This document shows positions 1 through 12,302 of a stretch of 64,000 nt of DNA, piece after piece; positions within the stretch are counted from its first letter, which is position 1, and every line of letters begins with the position of its first letter. Made by a program: the position numbers and the translations under genes. The DNA lies in NCBI RefSeq assembly GCF_006345805.1, contig NC_043012.1, forward strand, positions 37,510,001 to 37,574,000, written 5' to 3'. The notes below the pieces were generated by a model. It saw nothing but the letters and a program-made list of their open reading frames with translations. It was not told the DNA's origin and did no database searches. This stretch comes from Octopus sinensis (Eukaryota).

Positions 1-578
1 AATTCATCGATTTAAGAGATACACAACACACGCACACATACACAACAAAAAGACACACACACACACATACACAAAAATAACACCCACACACACACAACAA
101 ACACACACACGCACACACATACACAACAAAAACACACACACACATACATGACAAAAAGACACACACACACACACGCACACATACACAACAAAAAAACACA
201 CTCACACACACATACACAACAATAACACACACACACACAACAAACACACACACGCACACACATACACAACAAACACACACACACACAGGTAATCGGTCCG
301 TAAGTCAGGGATGACATTGAAATAAACAAGCCTTTGAAGTCAGAAAACAGAAGACTGATAAGGATGAATAACACGGTAGTAAATGAATTGAGGTCAAAAC
401 AGAGAATACGATTGGTTAAAATTCGAAGAATTAAACTACGTAAAAGTTAGAATATACATTTTTCTCCCAAAAATTATTTGAAATTAATGTTTTCTTTTGA
501 CACATTCTACCAGTATACGAAGTTTCAAATTATTTAGTTAACTAGAAAAATCTGGCCTTCTTTTAGAAAAGATCCCCC

Positions 579-622
<44 letters not shown>

Positions 623-656
623 ATATATATATAATATATATATATACATACATACA

Positions 657-723
<67 letters not shown>

Positions 724-1243
724 GATATATATATATATATATATGGCGAACTTACGTGTGATAAATAAACGCGATCTTACGCGCGTTTATTTATCCCTCA
801 TCATCGCTTGATAACCAGTGTTGTTGTTTTTTTACGTCCCTGTATCTTAGCGGTTCGGCAAAAGGGAACGATAGAATAAATACTAGACTTAAAAATCAAT
901 ATAGAGGTCGATCTGTCCAACTAAGCCCTTCCAGTCGGTGCTCTAGCATGGCCGCAGTCCAGAAATAAAAACGGGAATGTATTATGAAAAACAGAAATAT
1001 GTTCACTCCGAAACATGGCGATATTTGAATTTCTCCTTTGAAAAACAGTCCACAGCAAAGCGTAACTTAAAGAAGATCTGTTTCCGTTACTAAAGACAAA
1101 ATAAAGTGCATTGTGTTGGTAAAGCCTGTTTTCTCTAGTTTATAACTAGTTAAGAGTATAGACGTCTGTTGAAATTATAGTTTAATATTTAGTTAGCAAT
1201 CTACGTAAATACCCAGTTCTCTCAAATAGAAGACAATATCGTT

Positions 1244-1280
<37 letters not shown>

Positions 1281-2442
1281 GTAATGATATATTTCCGATA
1301 TTGATCCGTTTCAGCTGACGTCACAGTCGGCCATTATTGTCGTTGTATCGTAATTACTGCCCTTTGTCAAATATGTCATTTAAAAGCAACTCCTTCATTG
1401 GGACGTGCAGCTCAGGATCACTCATCTCTGATATCCAAACTAACCAACTTCTCATTCATATAATCCAACGAAAGAAACCATTGTAGAAAAGAAAAAAGAA
1501 AAGAAAAAGAAAAGAAAGAAATAGGTTTTTATAACCAACTGCCATCATAAATGTCGGTAAACATGACGGCCCTCCTACGTTAGCCGCTGTTGAACCGCCA
1601 TCATTTCTTCTGACAAAATCACAAACTCTTTACTTGTATATTTTATTACTTTAAATTTCTTTCACAATCTCCCTCCTCCCACCACCGCCGCTACCCTCTC
1701 TTTCTTATCCTCCCCCCCCTTTCCTCTCCCCGTCGTCCACCATCTTGTAGTATTTAGCAACTTTACAACTCTCAGTTCTCTCCTCATTGCCGTGTCTGCA
1801 AATATTGGCTTTTTCTTCCGTCCCTTTGTGCGCCCCATGCGCTATCACAATTTATCTTACGACTGTCAGAATCTTTAATTTTCCTTCCAGATGTTTCTGT
1901 TCAGTTGGAGAGCGTCACGTTGTATTTCAGTGTTATATCGATCTCAAGTAGAAAAAAAAAAGGGTGATGGTAATGGCGACGGCGTCGTCGTCGTCGATGG
2001 TGGTGGTGGTGGTGGTGGTGGTTGCATGTGTGTATATTGTGGAGGAGTGGGTCGGGTCTAGGTTGGACGAACTAAGGGTAGTAAGAACGGATCAAGCCTG
2101 GTGGTGGTGGTGGGTTTGGATGGTGTGTTCGGGGGGTTGAAGAAGTAATCAAAGAGGAGGAAAGTAGCGCCTCTGAACATATCTTACTTTGTTCTATTAA
2201 AGAATAAATAAAACCTTTTCTTGCCGTCGCCCTCCCTCCCACACATCCAACAACAAATTAATAATGTTTTCATCACAAAATGTCCAGAACATGAATTTCG
2301 TTATTGACAACTGTTCTTCCTACATTCATTAAATCTTCTCTTTCAGTTCAGATCTCTTTCTTTCACTTGATCTGCCTCCATTCTTTCCTTCTCTTTCTTC
2401 CCATACTTATTTTATTTCTAGATTATATATATATATATGCTT

Positions 2443-2475
<33 letters not shown>

Positions 2476-3660
2476 ATTTATATTTCTCTTCTTATCGCTG
2501 GGTTTTATTATATAATATATATATATATATAATATATATATATATATATTATATATATATATATTATATATATATATATATGCATATATATATATACATA
2601 TATATATATACATATATGCTTTCTCTCTCTCTCTCTCTAGCTATCTATATTTATATTTCTCCTCTTATCGCTGGGTTTTATTATAATATAAATATGTCAT
2701 GTCACAAGTCTTAAAGCCAAATCGTTTCTTAGATTAATGATAACGGCTTCAAGAAAACAAACACAGAATAAACATGAAAGACTTCAGAGAAATTGAAGTT
2801 TCGCCCCATATGTGACCAAACCACCGAATTCTCTTTTCCAATTAATAAAATATAATTACTGTAATTTAATTTAATCTTCAGATAAACGTCTTTTAATATA
2901 TAACTTTTCATTTTTTTAATTGAGAAATTTCTGAGCTAGTTTCGTCAATGGAAGGCGGATTTTGTAAGAAGAAAAAGAGTTGCGAAGAACGTTTATTAAT
3001 ATAATTTATATAATTACAAAGAGTGAGCCAAGGGAAATAACTCAAGTGAACCTATGGCATAATTTTAAATAATCTGGTAGACGGTGGTGTTCTTAACGAC
3101 CTATGCAAATATATTTTTGGTTTTATTTTTGTTTTTAAAAACTTCTACCAAGATTCTCCAATTGGTAGTGAAGGCACTTCGCCTGGTGGTTAGGGTGTTA
3201 GACTCACATTCGCAAGACTGCGGTTTCGATTCCTGGATCGGGCGGGACATTGTGCTCTTGAGCAAAATATTTCATTTCACGTTACTCCAGTCCACTCAGC
3301 TGGCGTCCAATTCAAGGAAATGTGGTGATCTCGGCCACTTATACAACATAGAAGCCGGATAACTTCCCGCACGAGGCTGGGGACTCGAGTCAGTAATGTC
3401 TCTTGATGATTTCCTCTGTAATACTCTGGTGACCCCTCCATCGACAGTAACCCCACTTCATCTGTGATCTTGTGACTCTATTATAAACTCTGATTCTGTT
3501 TATGAAATTGCAACTTAATTTAATGACTCAGTATTACTTAAGGTCCTGATGTTTTGATTGTCGTACGCAAAAATATTTTAAGTGGATTCAAATTTGCCCC
3601 TTAGTGGGAGAAAGAAAACAAAGGCTGGTGACTATTGTTAGAGATTTTCAAAAGAAAGGA

Positions 3661-4450
3661 GAGATAATTTTGTGCAATTAAGAATTCATTTCACAGAATA
3701 TTGAGTTTATAAAGAAACCACATCTTCGTTAACGGGAAAGAACAGCTACAAACATGTTTCAGCCTCATCAGAACTCATCAGTATACTCAAGTTTTCTCAA
3801 CTATGATTTCATTAGTGGAAATCGGTTTCATTAGTGGAAATCGGTTTCATTAGTGGAAATACGTAGCATAATGATGAGAATGATTTGCATGATTATAAAA
3901 GGCGATCCAAGAGAAATAACTCAAGTAGACTAACGGCATGAGTTTAAATATATTAGGTAGATGGTGATGGAGTGAATGACGCATGCAAAAGGAAAAAAAA
4001 ATTCTAAATGAATTGAAAGAAAACAAAACCGTAATATCAACTGTCATCGAGTTCCAAATGAAAGGAGATAATTTTGTGCAATTAAGAATTCATTTCACAG
4101 AATATTGAGTTTATAAAGAAACCACATCTTCGTTAACGGGAAAGAACAGCTACAAACATGTTTCAGCCTCATCAGAACTCATCAGTATACTCAAGTTTTC
4201 TCAACTATGATTTCATTAGTGGAAATCGGTTTCATTAGTGGAAATACGTAGCATAATGATGAGAATGATTTGCATGATTATAAAAGGCGATCCAAGAGAA
4301 ATAACTCAAGTAGACTAACGGCATGAGTTTAAATATATTAGGTAGATGGTGATGGAGTGAATGACGCATGCAAAAGGAAAAAAAAATTCTAAATGAATTG
4401 AAAGAAAACAAAACCGTAATATCAACTGTCATCGAGTTCCAAATGAAAGG
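3661..4450. repeat. Near-identical tandem duplication, units of 404 and about 386 bp
   Basis: gagataattttgtgcaattaag starts at 3661 and 4065, with a diverged third start at 4451. The units differ mainly by one copy of a 19-bp subrepeat (tcggtttcattagtggaaa). A diverged partial copy lies at about 2990-3090. Confidence 0.9.
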
Positions 4451-4794
4451 GAGATAATTTTAACACATTAAGAATTAATTGAACAGAAAAAACAAATAAT
4501 CGTGACGGTATCGTGTTTTACTTTGCCTTGATAACTAACTCCCAGAGTTCAAGTGCTTGTGGAGCCAACTTGTATCGTCGTTTTACCGAAGTCAACCTCA
4601 TAGTCGCATGCATGGTTGTGTGGTTAAAAAGTTCGATTTGCAACCGCGAATTTCCAGTTTCGAATTCCACTGCATAGAACTTTGGGTAAGTACCTATTAT
4701 TATAGCTTCGGGTTGATTAAAGAAAATTGTTGTGAATGAAATTCAGTCGATGGAAACTGTACGGAACCCCATCTGAGAAGCAATTTCTGTTGTT

Positions 4795-5250
4795 ATCTTT
4801 TATCTTTTACTTGCATCAGTCATTAGATGGCGGCCATGCTGTAGCACCACCTTAAAGAAATTTTCAATCAAATGAATCGACCCCAGTGCTTCATTCTTTT
4901 TAAAGCCTGGTACTTATCGCTTTTATCGAACCGCTAAGTTACGGTGACATACACTCCAGCAACACTGGTTCTCAAGCGGTGACGGTGCACAAACACACAC
5001 ATCACGTGATTGAACAGACTATTGAATGTTGTAACACATCGCTAATCACAATGCACTTCTGCATCGTTTTTACACACACGCACACATATATAGACCAGTC
5101 TTCTTTCAGTTTCCGTCTACCAGATCCACTCACAACGCTTTTCCCGCCTGAGACTACAGTAGAAGATACTTGCCTAAGGTGCCACGCAGTGGGACTGAAC
5201 CCAGAACCATATGGTTGGGAAGCAAACCTCTTACCACACCGCCACGCCTG
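4795..5250 (-). mobile_element. tRNA-derived SINE, family S1
   Basis: Reverse complement of the S1 consensus seen many times in the window (ggcgcaggagtggctgtgtggtaag...ggcaccttgggcaagtgtcttctactatagcc...gaaactgaaagaagcccgtc + microsatellite + gtttacgtccccgtaacttagcggttcggcaaaag...). Confidence 0.8.
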
Positions 5251-5824
5251 GTGAAGGATTTGATCTGTCGACTGGCGTATTATCCCAAGTTTGTCTCTTG
5301 GTGGGTCTTTAGCGGATCCCACTCTGCTGTAGGTTAGTAGGTCTGGTCTTTAGTCAGGGGATGACATTGTCTCAGAATTCTAGAGCACCGGACAAAATGT
5401 TGGAACAATGTCTCACAAGGAGTGCAACGAATGGTGGAGGTGGCAGAGGAGATACATCCGTCGTCAACGTTTCTGATACGGGTTGATTGGAGGAGAAGGA
5501 GGAGAAGACGAAGGAGGGCGAAGATGAGGAAAAGAAGGGGAGTAGAGAAAGGGGAGGGGGAAGAGAAGAAAAAGAAGAGATCGAAAGCGGGAAGAGGAGA
5601 AGGAAGAAGAGGAGTAGTGAGGAAGAAGAAAGAGATGAAAGAGAAGATGGGAAAAAAGAAGAAGAAGAAGAAGAAGAAGAAGAAGAAGAAGAAGAAGAAG
5701 AAGAAGAAGAAGACAGGAACGAAATGAAGAAGAAGGTGAAGTATATGAAGAAGAAGATGATAACAGTAACGGCGACGAAGAAGAATATGAAGGAAAATAG
5801 AGAGATGAAGAAAGCACAACTTAC

Positions 5825-6089
5825 CATTGTAATGTCAAAGCTGTTTGTTTCTTTTTGTCTCTCATGATTTGAGCAACGGTTTTCTTTGGAGCTTGTGAGT
5901 TATTATTATTGTTATTGTTATTATTGTTGTTAGCGTTTTTGTTGGAATTATTAGTAAGCCTGGATCGAGATTTAGGTATCTCTGATTTTTCCCCGTCATC
6001 ATCTTCATCATCATCGCCATCGTCGTCTTCGTCGTCGTCGTCGTCATCACCTGTGCTAACCTCATCATCGGAATATCCCGTCGCCAGAT
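5825..6089 (-). CDS. RFX6: Internal coding exon of RFX6-like winged-helix transcription factor (acidic/Asn-rich linker plus start of DNA-binding domain)
   Basis: Minus strand: pyrimidine tract and atctttcag acceptor, 265-nt exon (phase 1 in, phase 2 out), TG|gtaag donor. Translation (D)LATGYSDDEVSTGDDDDDDEDDDGDDDEDDDGEKSEIPKSRSRLTNNSNKNANNNNNNNNNNNSQAPKKTVAQIMRDKKKQTALTLQ(W) matches vertebrate RFX6 [21 protein letters not shown] as I recall it. Missed by the ORF track because the frame has no start codon. Confidence 0.9.
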
Positions 6090-7402
6090 CTGAAAGATTA
6101 CATTCAGGAATAAAAAGGGGGAAAATCGCTTTAAATGATATTTTGCAAGAAATTAGGTTATTATGTGTTTTTTTTTTCGTGAATTAGTAAAATCAGTGCT
6201 ATCATACTAAATATTGTTCGGCAAAAACAAAAATAATTAATTCATTAAAACTCTAGCGGTAATAAAGAGAAATAATTATTACTGGTTGATTCTGGTAAAA
6301 AATGACAGGGGAGATAACTACGAAATTTTGATTAATTAAAACTATATCTGTAGGGAGGAGAAATAATATTTGATGATTAATTCTGGCAAAGAAAAGCAAG
6401 AGAGATTATCGTGAAATTCTGATTAATTAAAATACAGTCAAAATGAGAAATATTTTTAATGATAAATTCTAGTAAAGAAGGATAGGGGAGATAACCAAAA
6501 ACATTTTAATTAATTAAAGTTAATTAAATCTAGATAAACTATGCTAATGTGGTGGGTGAATATGACCTTTGATGCTACAGTGACAACTTCGAACATATTT
6601 CGACTTCATTAAACCTCTTCAGCGAGTGTAATTGCAAGCATAATTTCGTCATATATATACCTACTATAGATCTTTTGAGGATGCGGTTTACCAAGACAGA
6701 CCCTATGAAAGCCCTAATGGTAGTCAAGCCTCCGGTGTGCATCTCACCTTCCCCGTTATGTATCTCTCATTGTTTTTTAAATTCTGGGAAAACGGCGAAA
6801 ACTTTTTCCATACGCTTCGCTTAAATCACCAAACATTTTCTCGGAAACAACAGGATGACTGGGGATAATAAATTTTGTTGCTCCCATTACGAAGAATCTT
6901 TTTAAAATAGGGAAGCATTTTAGAGAAGTTTCTTCTCTATGGCTGCCATGACAGTCTTTGATAACTCGAAGGAACGAAGACCATAAACAGATAGCAGTGA
7001 TCCACTTGATCTATGAAATGGGGACATTTTTATATGCACTCTTTTATGAGGCCCTTCAAAAATCCCCGAGTTAAGTTTTTCCAAGCCTAGTCCTGAATTT
7101 TCTGCTAAAGTAGAAATATTCTATGTTGAATATCTTAAAAGGGACTCGGTGATTTGTCTTTCTATCAACTAAATATTTATTAAAAATTTTTTTCCAACTT
7201 TCATGTTTTCTCTTAAAGTTCACCCTTTTCTGATTTTGCAGTGCCAAAGAAATAAAATGTGCGAATATTTCTTGTAGCCATTTTGGTAAGCAAGGAGAAA
7301 GTTCGCTATCATTAGATCTACACAAAACCGCCATTGATGCCATCGTTGTTCTCAAGACTACTCCTCTTTCATACTAATAGAGTTGAACAACTGGAATTCA
7401 CA

Positions 7403-7565
7403 TTATTTACATTTGACGGATATTTGTCCTCATCTTGATTTTTGTTAATACAACGTTTTGGCATATATACCCTTCAGCCGTCATCAAGTGTCTTGGGTAT
7501 ATGGCGTAATGGTTAAGAGCACTGGCTACTAACCCCAAGATTCCGAGTCCAATTCTAGTCAGTGA

Positions 7566-7637
<72 letters not shown>

Positions 7638-7830
7638 TAATAACAATAATAACAACAACATCGAAAAATACCTTAGGAATGAGAACCCAGGTAAGAAATT
7701 TCCCCAAGACACCTGATAAAGGCTGGAGGGTATATCAGCCGAAAGGTTGTGTTAACAACAAACATGATGAGGACAAATATCTGTCAAATGTAAATAATGT
7801 AAATAATGTACATAATTCCTCATCTCTTAA
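7403..7830 (+). mobile_element. tRNA-headed SINE (family A) with (AAT)n spacer, degenerate hammerhead-like motif and inverted 5' copy of its own 3' segment
   Basis: Head 7503-7565 has A-box-like tggcgtaatgg and B-box-like gagtccaattc; (AAT)n lies at 7570-7660; the 3' segment 7680-7830 is homologous to 19300-19452. Segment 7403-7497 is the diverged reverse complement of 7704-7800. Confidence 0.75.
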
Positions 7831-8269
7831 ATATAGCACTGAGCTGGAATGCGGCCATATTTATTGAGTAAAAGAATTCATTTTAAACTCGCTTGCGTAG
7901 AAATATCAATAAAAAAACGCCATTCATTTGACTTATATTCTGATATATATGTATCTATTTTTTTCTCAAAAGGTCTCTTATATTATTGCAAGAACTTTGA
8001 TAAATATTTGCCACTTTTCATTCTGTTCCATTCTACGTCATCAGGCATAACCGATTCCTAACAATCGTTAAGAAGCTCTGCTAGGAAATAAGGGATGGAA
8101 ATGGTACCTCATTTGGGTGCGTAACAACTCTTCTTTCTGACTGAAAGTTCAGGATATGTCTATTTGCTTTCAATTAATGTCTTTTATTCTGACAAGTTTT
8201 TAGAATAGCAACTACTTTTATGATTATTCTTTTAATTAAGGTTTTCTTGAAAATCTCAGAATCTTGCTT

Positions 8270-8477
8270 GAGTAGCGGGCTTTCTACCATGCCATCCGTC
8301 TTCTTCAACTGTCTTGTACTTTCCTCCTGATTTTGGTAGTGCCAAGGAGGTAAACCTTTTGCAACAGCACTACTGCTCACTCTATTCCTATTTTTTAATA
8401 TTCTTCTCAATATCTTTTGATATTGTCCCCAAGGTCTCGACGGTAATTGGTACCATCTTCACCTTTTTCATCTTCCA

Positions 8478-8478
<1 letters not shown>
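8270..8478 (-). mobile_element. R4/Dong-like LINE, 3'-end fragment
   Basis: Minus translation MWKMKKVKMVPITVETLGTISKDIEKNIKK...LLQKVYLLGTTKIRRKV, homologous to the C-termini at 8909-9214 and 21404-21820. Confidence 0.7.
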
Positions 8479-8535
<57 letters not shown>

Positions 8536-8768
8536 GTTATTATTATTGTTGTTGTTGTTGTTGATGTTATTATTATTATCGTTGTTGATGTTGTTATTAT
8601 TATTATCATTATTATTATTGTTGTTGTTGTTGTTGCTGTTATTATTATCGTTATTGATGTTGTTGTTATTATTATCATTATTATTATCATTGTTGTTGTT
8701 GTTGTTGTTATTATTGTTGTTGTTGTTGTTATTATTATCGTCGTTGTTATTATTATTATTATTATTAC

Positions 8769-8810
<42 letters not shown>

Positions 8811-8814
<4 letters not shown>

Positions 8815-9646
8815 TAGTTTTATTTTTATAGCGTGCTTTCACTTCACTACCGAGCACAGCTCTGTGTGCCTTGGGTATGTGCTGTGATTTGTTGTGATGC
8901 TCTGATGGTTATTGTATGGAAAGTGTTCTGCGTAGGATGTGTGCAGTGCCTAGTAGTGCAATTTTCTGTATGTTATATGTGTTTGTAAGTCCTGGTGTTT
9001 TTGTTATGTATTTGTCTGAATATTTTTTTATCATGCCTAATGCACCTACTATGATAGGAATTGTTTCTGTTTTCAGATTCCACATTCTAGTTACCTCTAT
9101 TTCCAGGTCTTTGTATTTTGAGAGTTTCTCCATTTCTTTTAGAGACACGTTGTCATCAGCCGGTATTGATACATCAATTAGAAAGCATTTTTTTTCCTTC
9201 ATGATCTCTGACAACTATATCTGGTCTGTTGGCCTTAATTTCTCTATCTGTGTGTATCGGCATATCCCAGAGTATGGTTGCTTTCTCGTTTTCTGTGACC
9301 TTTTCTGGTGTGTGCCTATACCATCTTTTTTCTGTTGTTATTCCATAATGTTGGCATAGCTTCCAATGTATGTAGGTTCCAACTCTGTCATGTCTGTGAA
9401 TATATTCCTTCTTAGCCAAGACTGGGCAGCTAGAGATAATATGATTTATTGTTTCTTGTCCATCTCCACATATTCTGCAGTTACTTGTAATATTTCTTTT
9501 CATTACATGTTTTTGGTAATTTCTGGTGGGGAGGCTTTGGTCTTGTGCTGCAATTAAAAATCCCTCTGTTTCTGCTTTGAGTCCTGAACTTCTCAACCAT
9601 TGCTGGGATTTTTCTTTGTCTATTTCTTTTGCGTTTAGTTTAGTCC

Positions 9647-9648
<2 letters not shown>
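8811..9648 (-). mobile_element. 5'-truncated R4/Dong-like non-LTR retrotransposon (CCHC knuckle plus restriction-like endonuclease), frameshifted
   Basis: ORF 9174-9596 contains CRICGDGQETINHIISSC, HRHD and RPDIVV. After a frameshift in the A-run near 9190, ORF 8909-9214 continues LIDVSIP..KEMEKLSKYKDL..IQKIALLGTAHILRRTL. (AAT)n tracts flank both ends. Confidence 0.9.
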
Positions 9649-9711
<63 letters not shown>

Positions 9712-9737
9712 CATTATTACTATTATTATTATTATTA

Positions 9738-9779
<42 letters not shown>

Positions 9780-9781
9780 TA

Positions 9782-9829
<48 letters not shown>

Positions 9830-10478
9830 ATAAAATCAAGATTTTGTCTTTTTGAAGGGCTACAGTAAATTTCAAGTTTCTGTAGTTTTAGATATATTGC
9901 TGTGTCATTATAAACTTTAAAAAAAAATCTAAGCATTCTAGAAAGTCATATGACCATTCCGCACTTTAATTATTGTCCTCGTACTTATTGGTTTGTATTT
10001 GTGACATCATGAATGTTTAGAAAATATATTATTCTCCAACTAATCTAAAAATTCTTTATTAGCAATAAATGTCTTCCTTTATTGCCGTCGATTAGTTGTA
10101 TTTTCCGCTGGACAAATATGGTGTTTCAGTCAGACATATTTATTGAAATACTGTGTCTTCGTTTAATCTGTAAACTAGATGGAGTCAATACATCTGCTTC
10201 TCATAATTATCTGAAACAAAAGCAGGATATTAATCAGCTAATCCTTATCTAAATATCTTGCTTATTCTCTATGGTACACACTAATTATTCGTTTTTCTAC
10301 GCAGTGTAAGAAACGAAGGGCAAAAAAAAAAAAACTGTTACATATTACATAAAATATAGGATACACTCTAAAATGTTTCACATATACCACAGTTTATATT
10401 AAGATTGCATAGGTATATACATGCATGTATCCATCCATCTATCCATCCATCCACCTATCCATCCATCCATCCATCCAT

Positions 10479-10509
<31 letters not shown>

Positions 10510-10719
10510 CCATCCGTCCATCCATCCATCCATCCATCCATCCATCCATCCATCCATCCATCCATCTATCCATCCATTCATCCATTCGCCTGTCCGTCCG
10601 TCCGTCCGTCCGTCCGTCCACCCATCCATCCGTCTATCCACCAATCCATCCATCAATCTATCCCTCCCTCCCTCCCTCCCTCCATACATACATACATATA
10701 TAACGGGAAGGTTTATGAA

Positions 10720-10911
10720 AATAAACAAAAGACGAAGGCAGGTGGAGTATAAACAAACAAATGTATTAGTATGGCGCTCAGGAATAGAAATAAAACAAGT
10801 CGTTTACGTTTCGAGCCTACGCTCTTCGACAGAAAGATACACAGAAAAGAAACCAGGAGAGAAATAAGGTGAGAAAAAAATGCGTGTAGGAGCTAATGGT
10901 CTATCATGGCG
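10720..10911. repeat. Interspersed repeat family B carrying a hammerhead-like motif (minus strand, 10801-10836)
   Basis: Homologous to 39237-39428 (cgggaaggtttatgaaaa...cgctcaggaatagaaa...tttacgtttcgagcctacgc...ctatcatggcg). Confidence 0.75.
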
Positions 10912-11229
10912 TTCTGATTTCAGGCAGAAGTCAGAGGTCAGAGGTCAGACGTTAGACGCTAGAGGGATAGTAGGGGAGATAACAGGGTCAAGTGACTTCC
11001 AAAACGAAGGTGGTCCCAACACGAAGGTGCGTGTGTGTATAAGAGAGTATGTATGTGCGTGTGAAAGAGGGCTGGTGGTCTGGACGTGTGTATGTATGTA
11101 TGTGTGGATGTGGAGATATGGGGATGGGTGTGTGGGTGGTGTGTGATGTGATGTGTAATGTCGTATGGTGTAGTGTAGAGAGAGATGAGGGGGAGGGGAG
11201 GAGGAGGGAGGAGAGGGGTAGATGAGGGA

Positions 11230-11280
<51 letters not shown>

Positions 11281-12302
11281 CGCACATACATACATATATG
11301 TATGTGTGTGTGTGTGTTTGTCAGCATGTATATGTTAGTGATAACCGCCACCGCTTAAAATCCAGTGTTGGTTGGTCTCCGTTCCCCTAACAGCGCGGTT
11401 TGGCAAAAGAACCGATTGAATAAATAGAATAAGGATCAGATTTAGAATATGTGCTGAATCGATTTGTTCGACTAACCCAGAAACGCGGCGCTCCAGCATG
11501 GTCGCAGTCCAGTGACTGAAACAAATATTGCAGTAAAACAATATATACCATTACGGCAATTACTTTATCCACCCCGACTGTTAAAATGCTATTAATACCC
11601 CCATTAGTTATCTCAAGTGCACTCGCAACACGGTCTGAAATCCCGTAACCAAATCACGCTAAATCTCTCCAAAGTTAAATCGACCGTTTTAAAAGCCGTA
11701 GCTACTCTGAAATGTATTTGATTATTTGTTAAACGTTATTATTCCCGAATCATTCCAACTGACGGACAGATAGCCACAAGACTGCAACAGAATGATCTAG
11801 CACCATAGCGTTTGTCTAATAATCGTAGCAGTAGTAACCATTACAAGAAATTCTGCAACAACAGAATTATATATTTACTTTCAGCTTCGTTCTTTTTCCG
11901 GTCTGCTGGTGTCCTGTTTCGATTTCATGATTAATGGCAAGCAATTTGATTTCCGTACTCGTTAATGCAAGTATATCAACAAACGAGGTTTAGGTTTGGC
12001 GATTCGGCAATGCTTTTTAAGTGGGCACTAATTTGTTAGAGTCACAATGGTCAAGGGCATTATATTCCGGTCGACAGTCAACTAATCAATATTCGTTTGC
12101 AGTTCACATACTGTGTAAAGCGTCGATCAGGATGTAAACTTAAGACTGCACGCTAGGATATCTATCATGGTGGAAAACAATCAGACGTGTCCGTTAGTTT
12201 CTTCTGAAGGTTTGTGTATTTTAGCTGAAGCATAGTTAGAAAACCAGCGTCAGTTGAAAACAACGGAGTTGGCGTTTCTAACCGTGGTATCAGTGTTTAA
12301 AA

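Noticed and set aside
5334-5867. E/K-rich and F/L/S-rich ORFs next to the RFX6 exon
   Set aside because: (GAA)n purine tract inside the intron, beyond the 5825 donor.
6660-7360. Possible LINE (Tx1/Penelope RT) remnant
   Set aside because: Only faint motif resemblance across broken frames; not supportable without a search.
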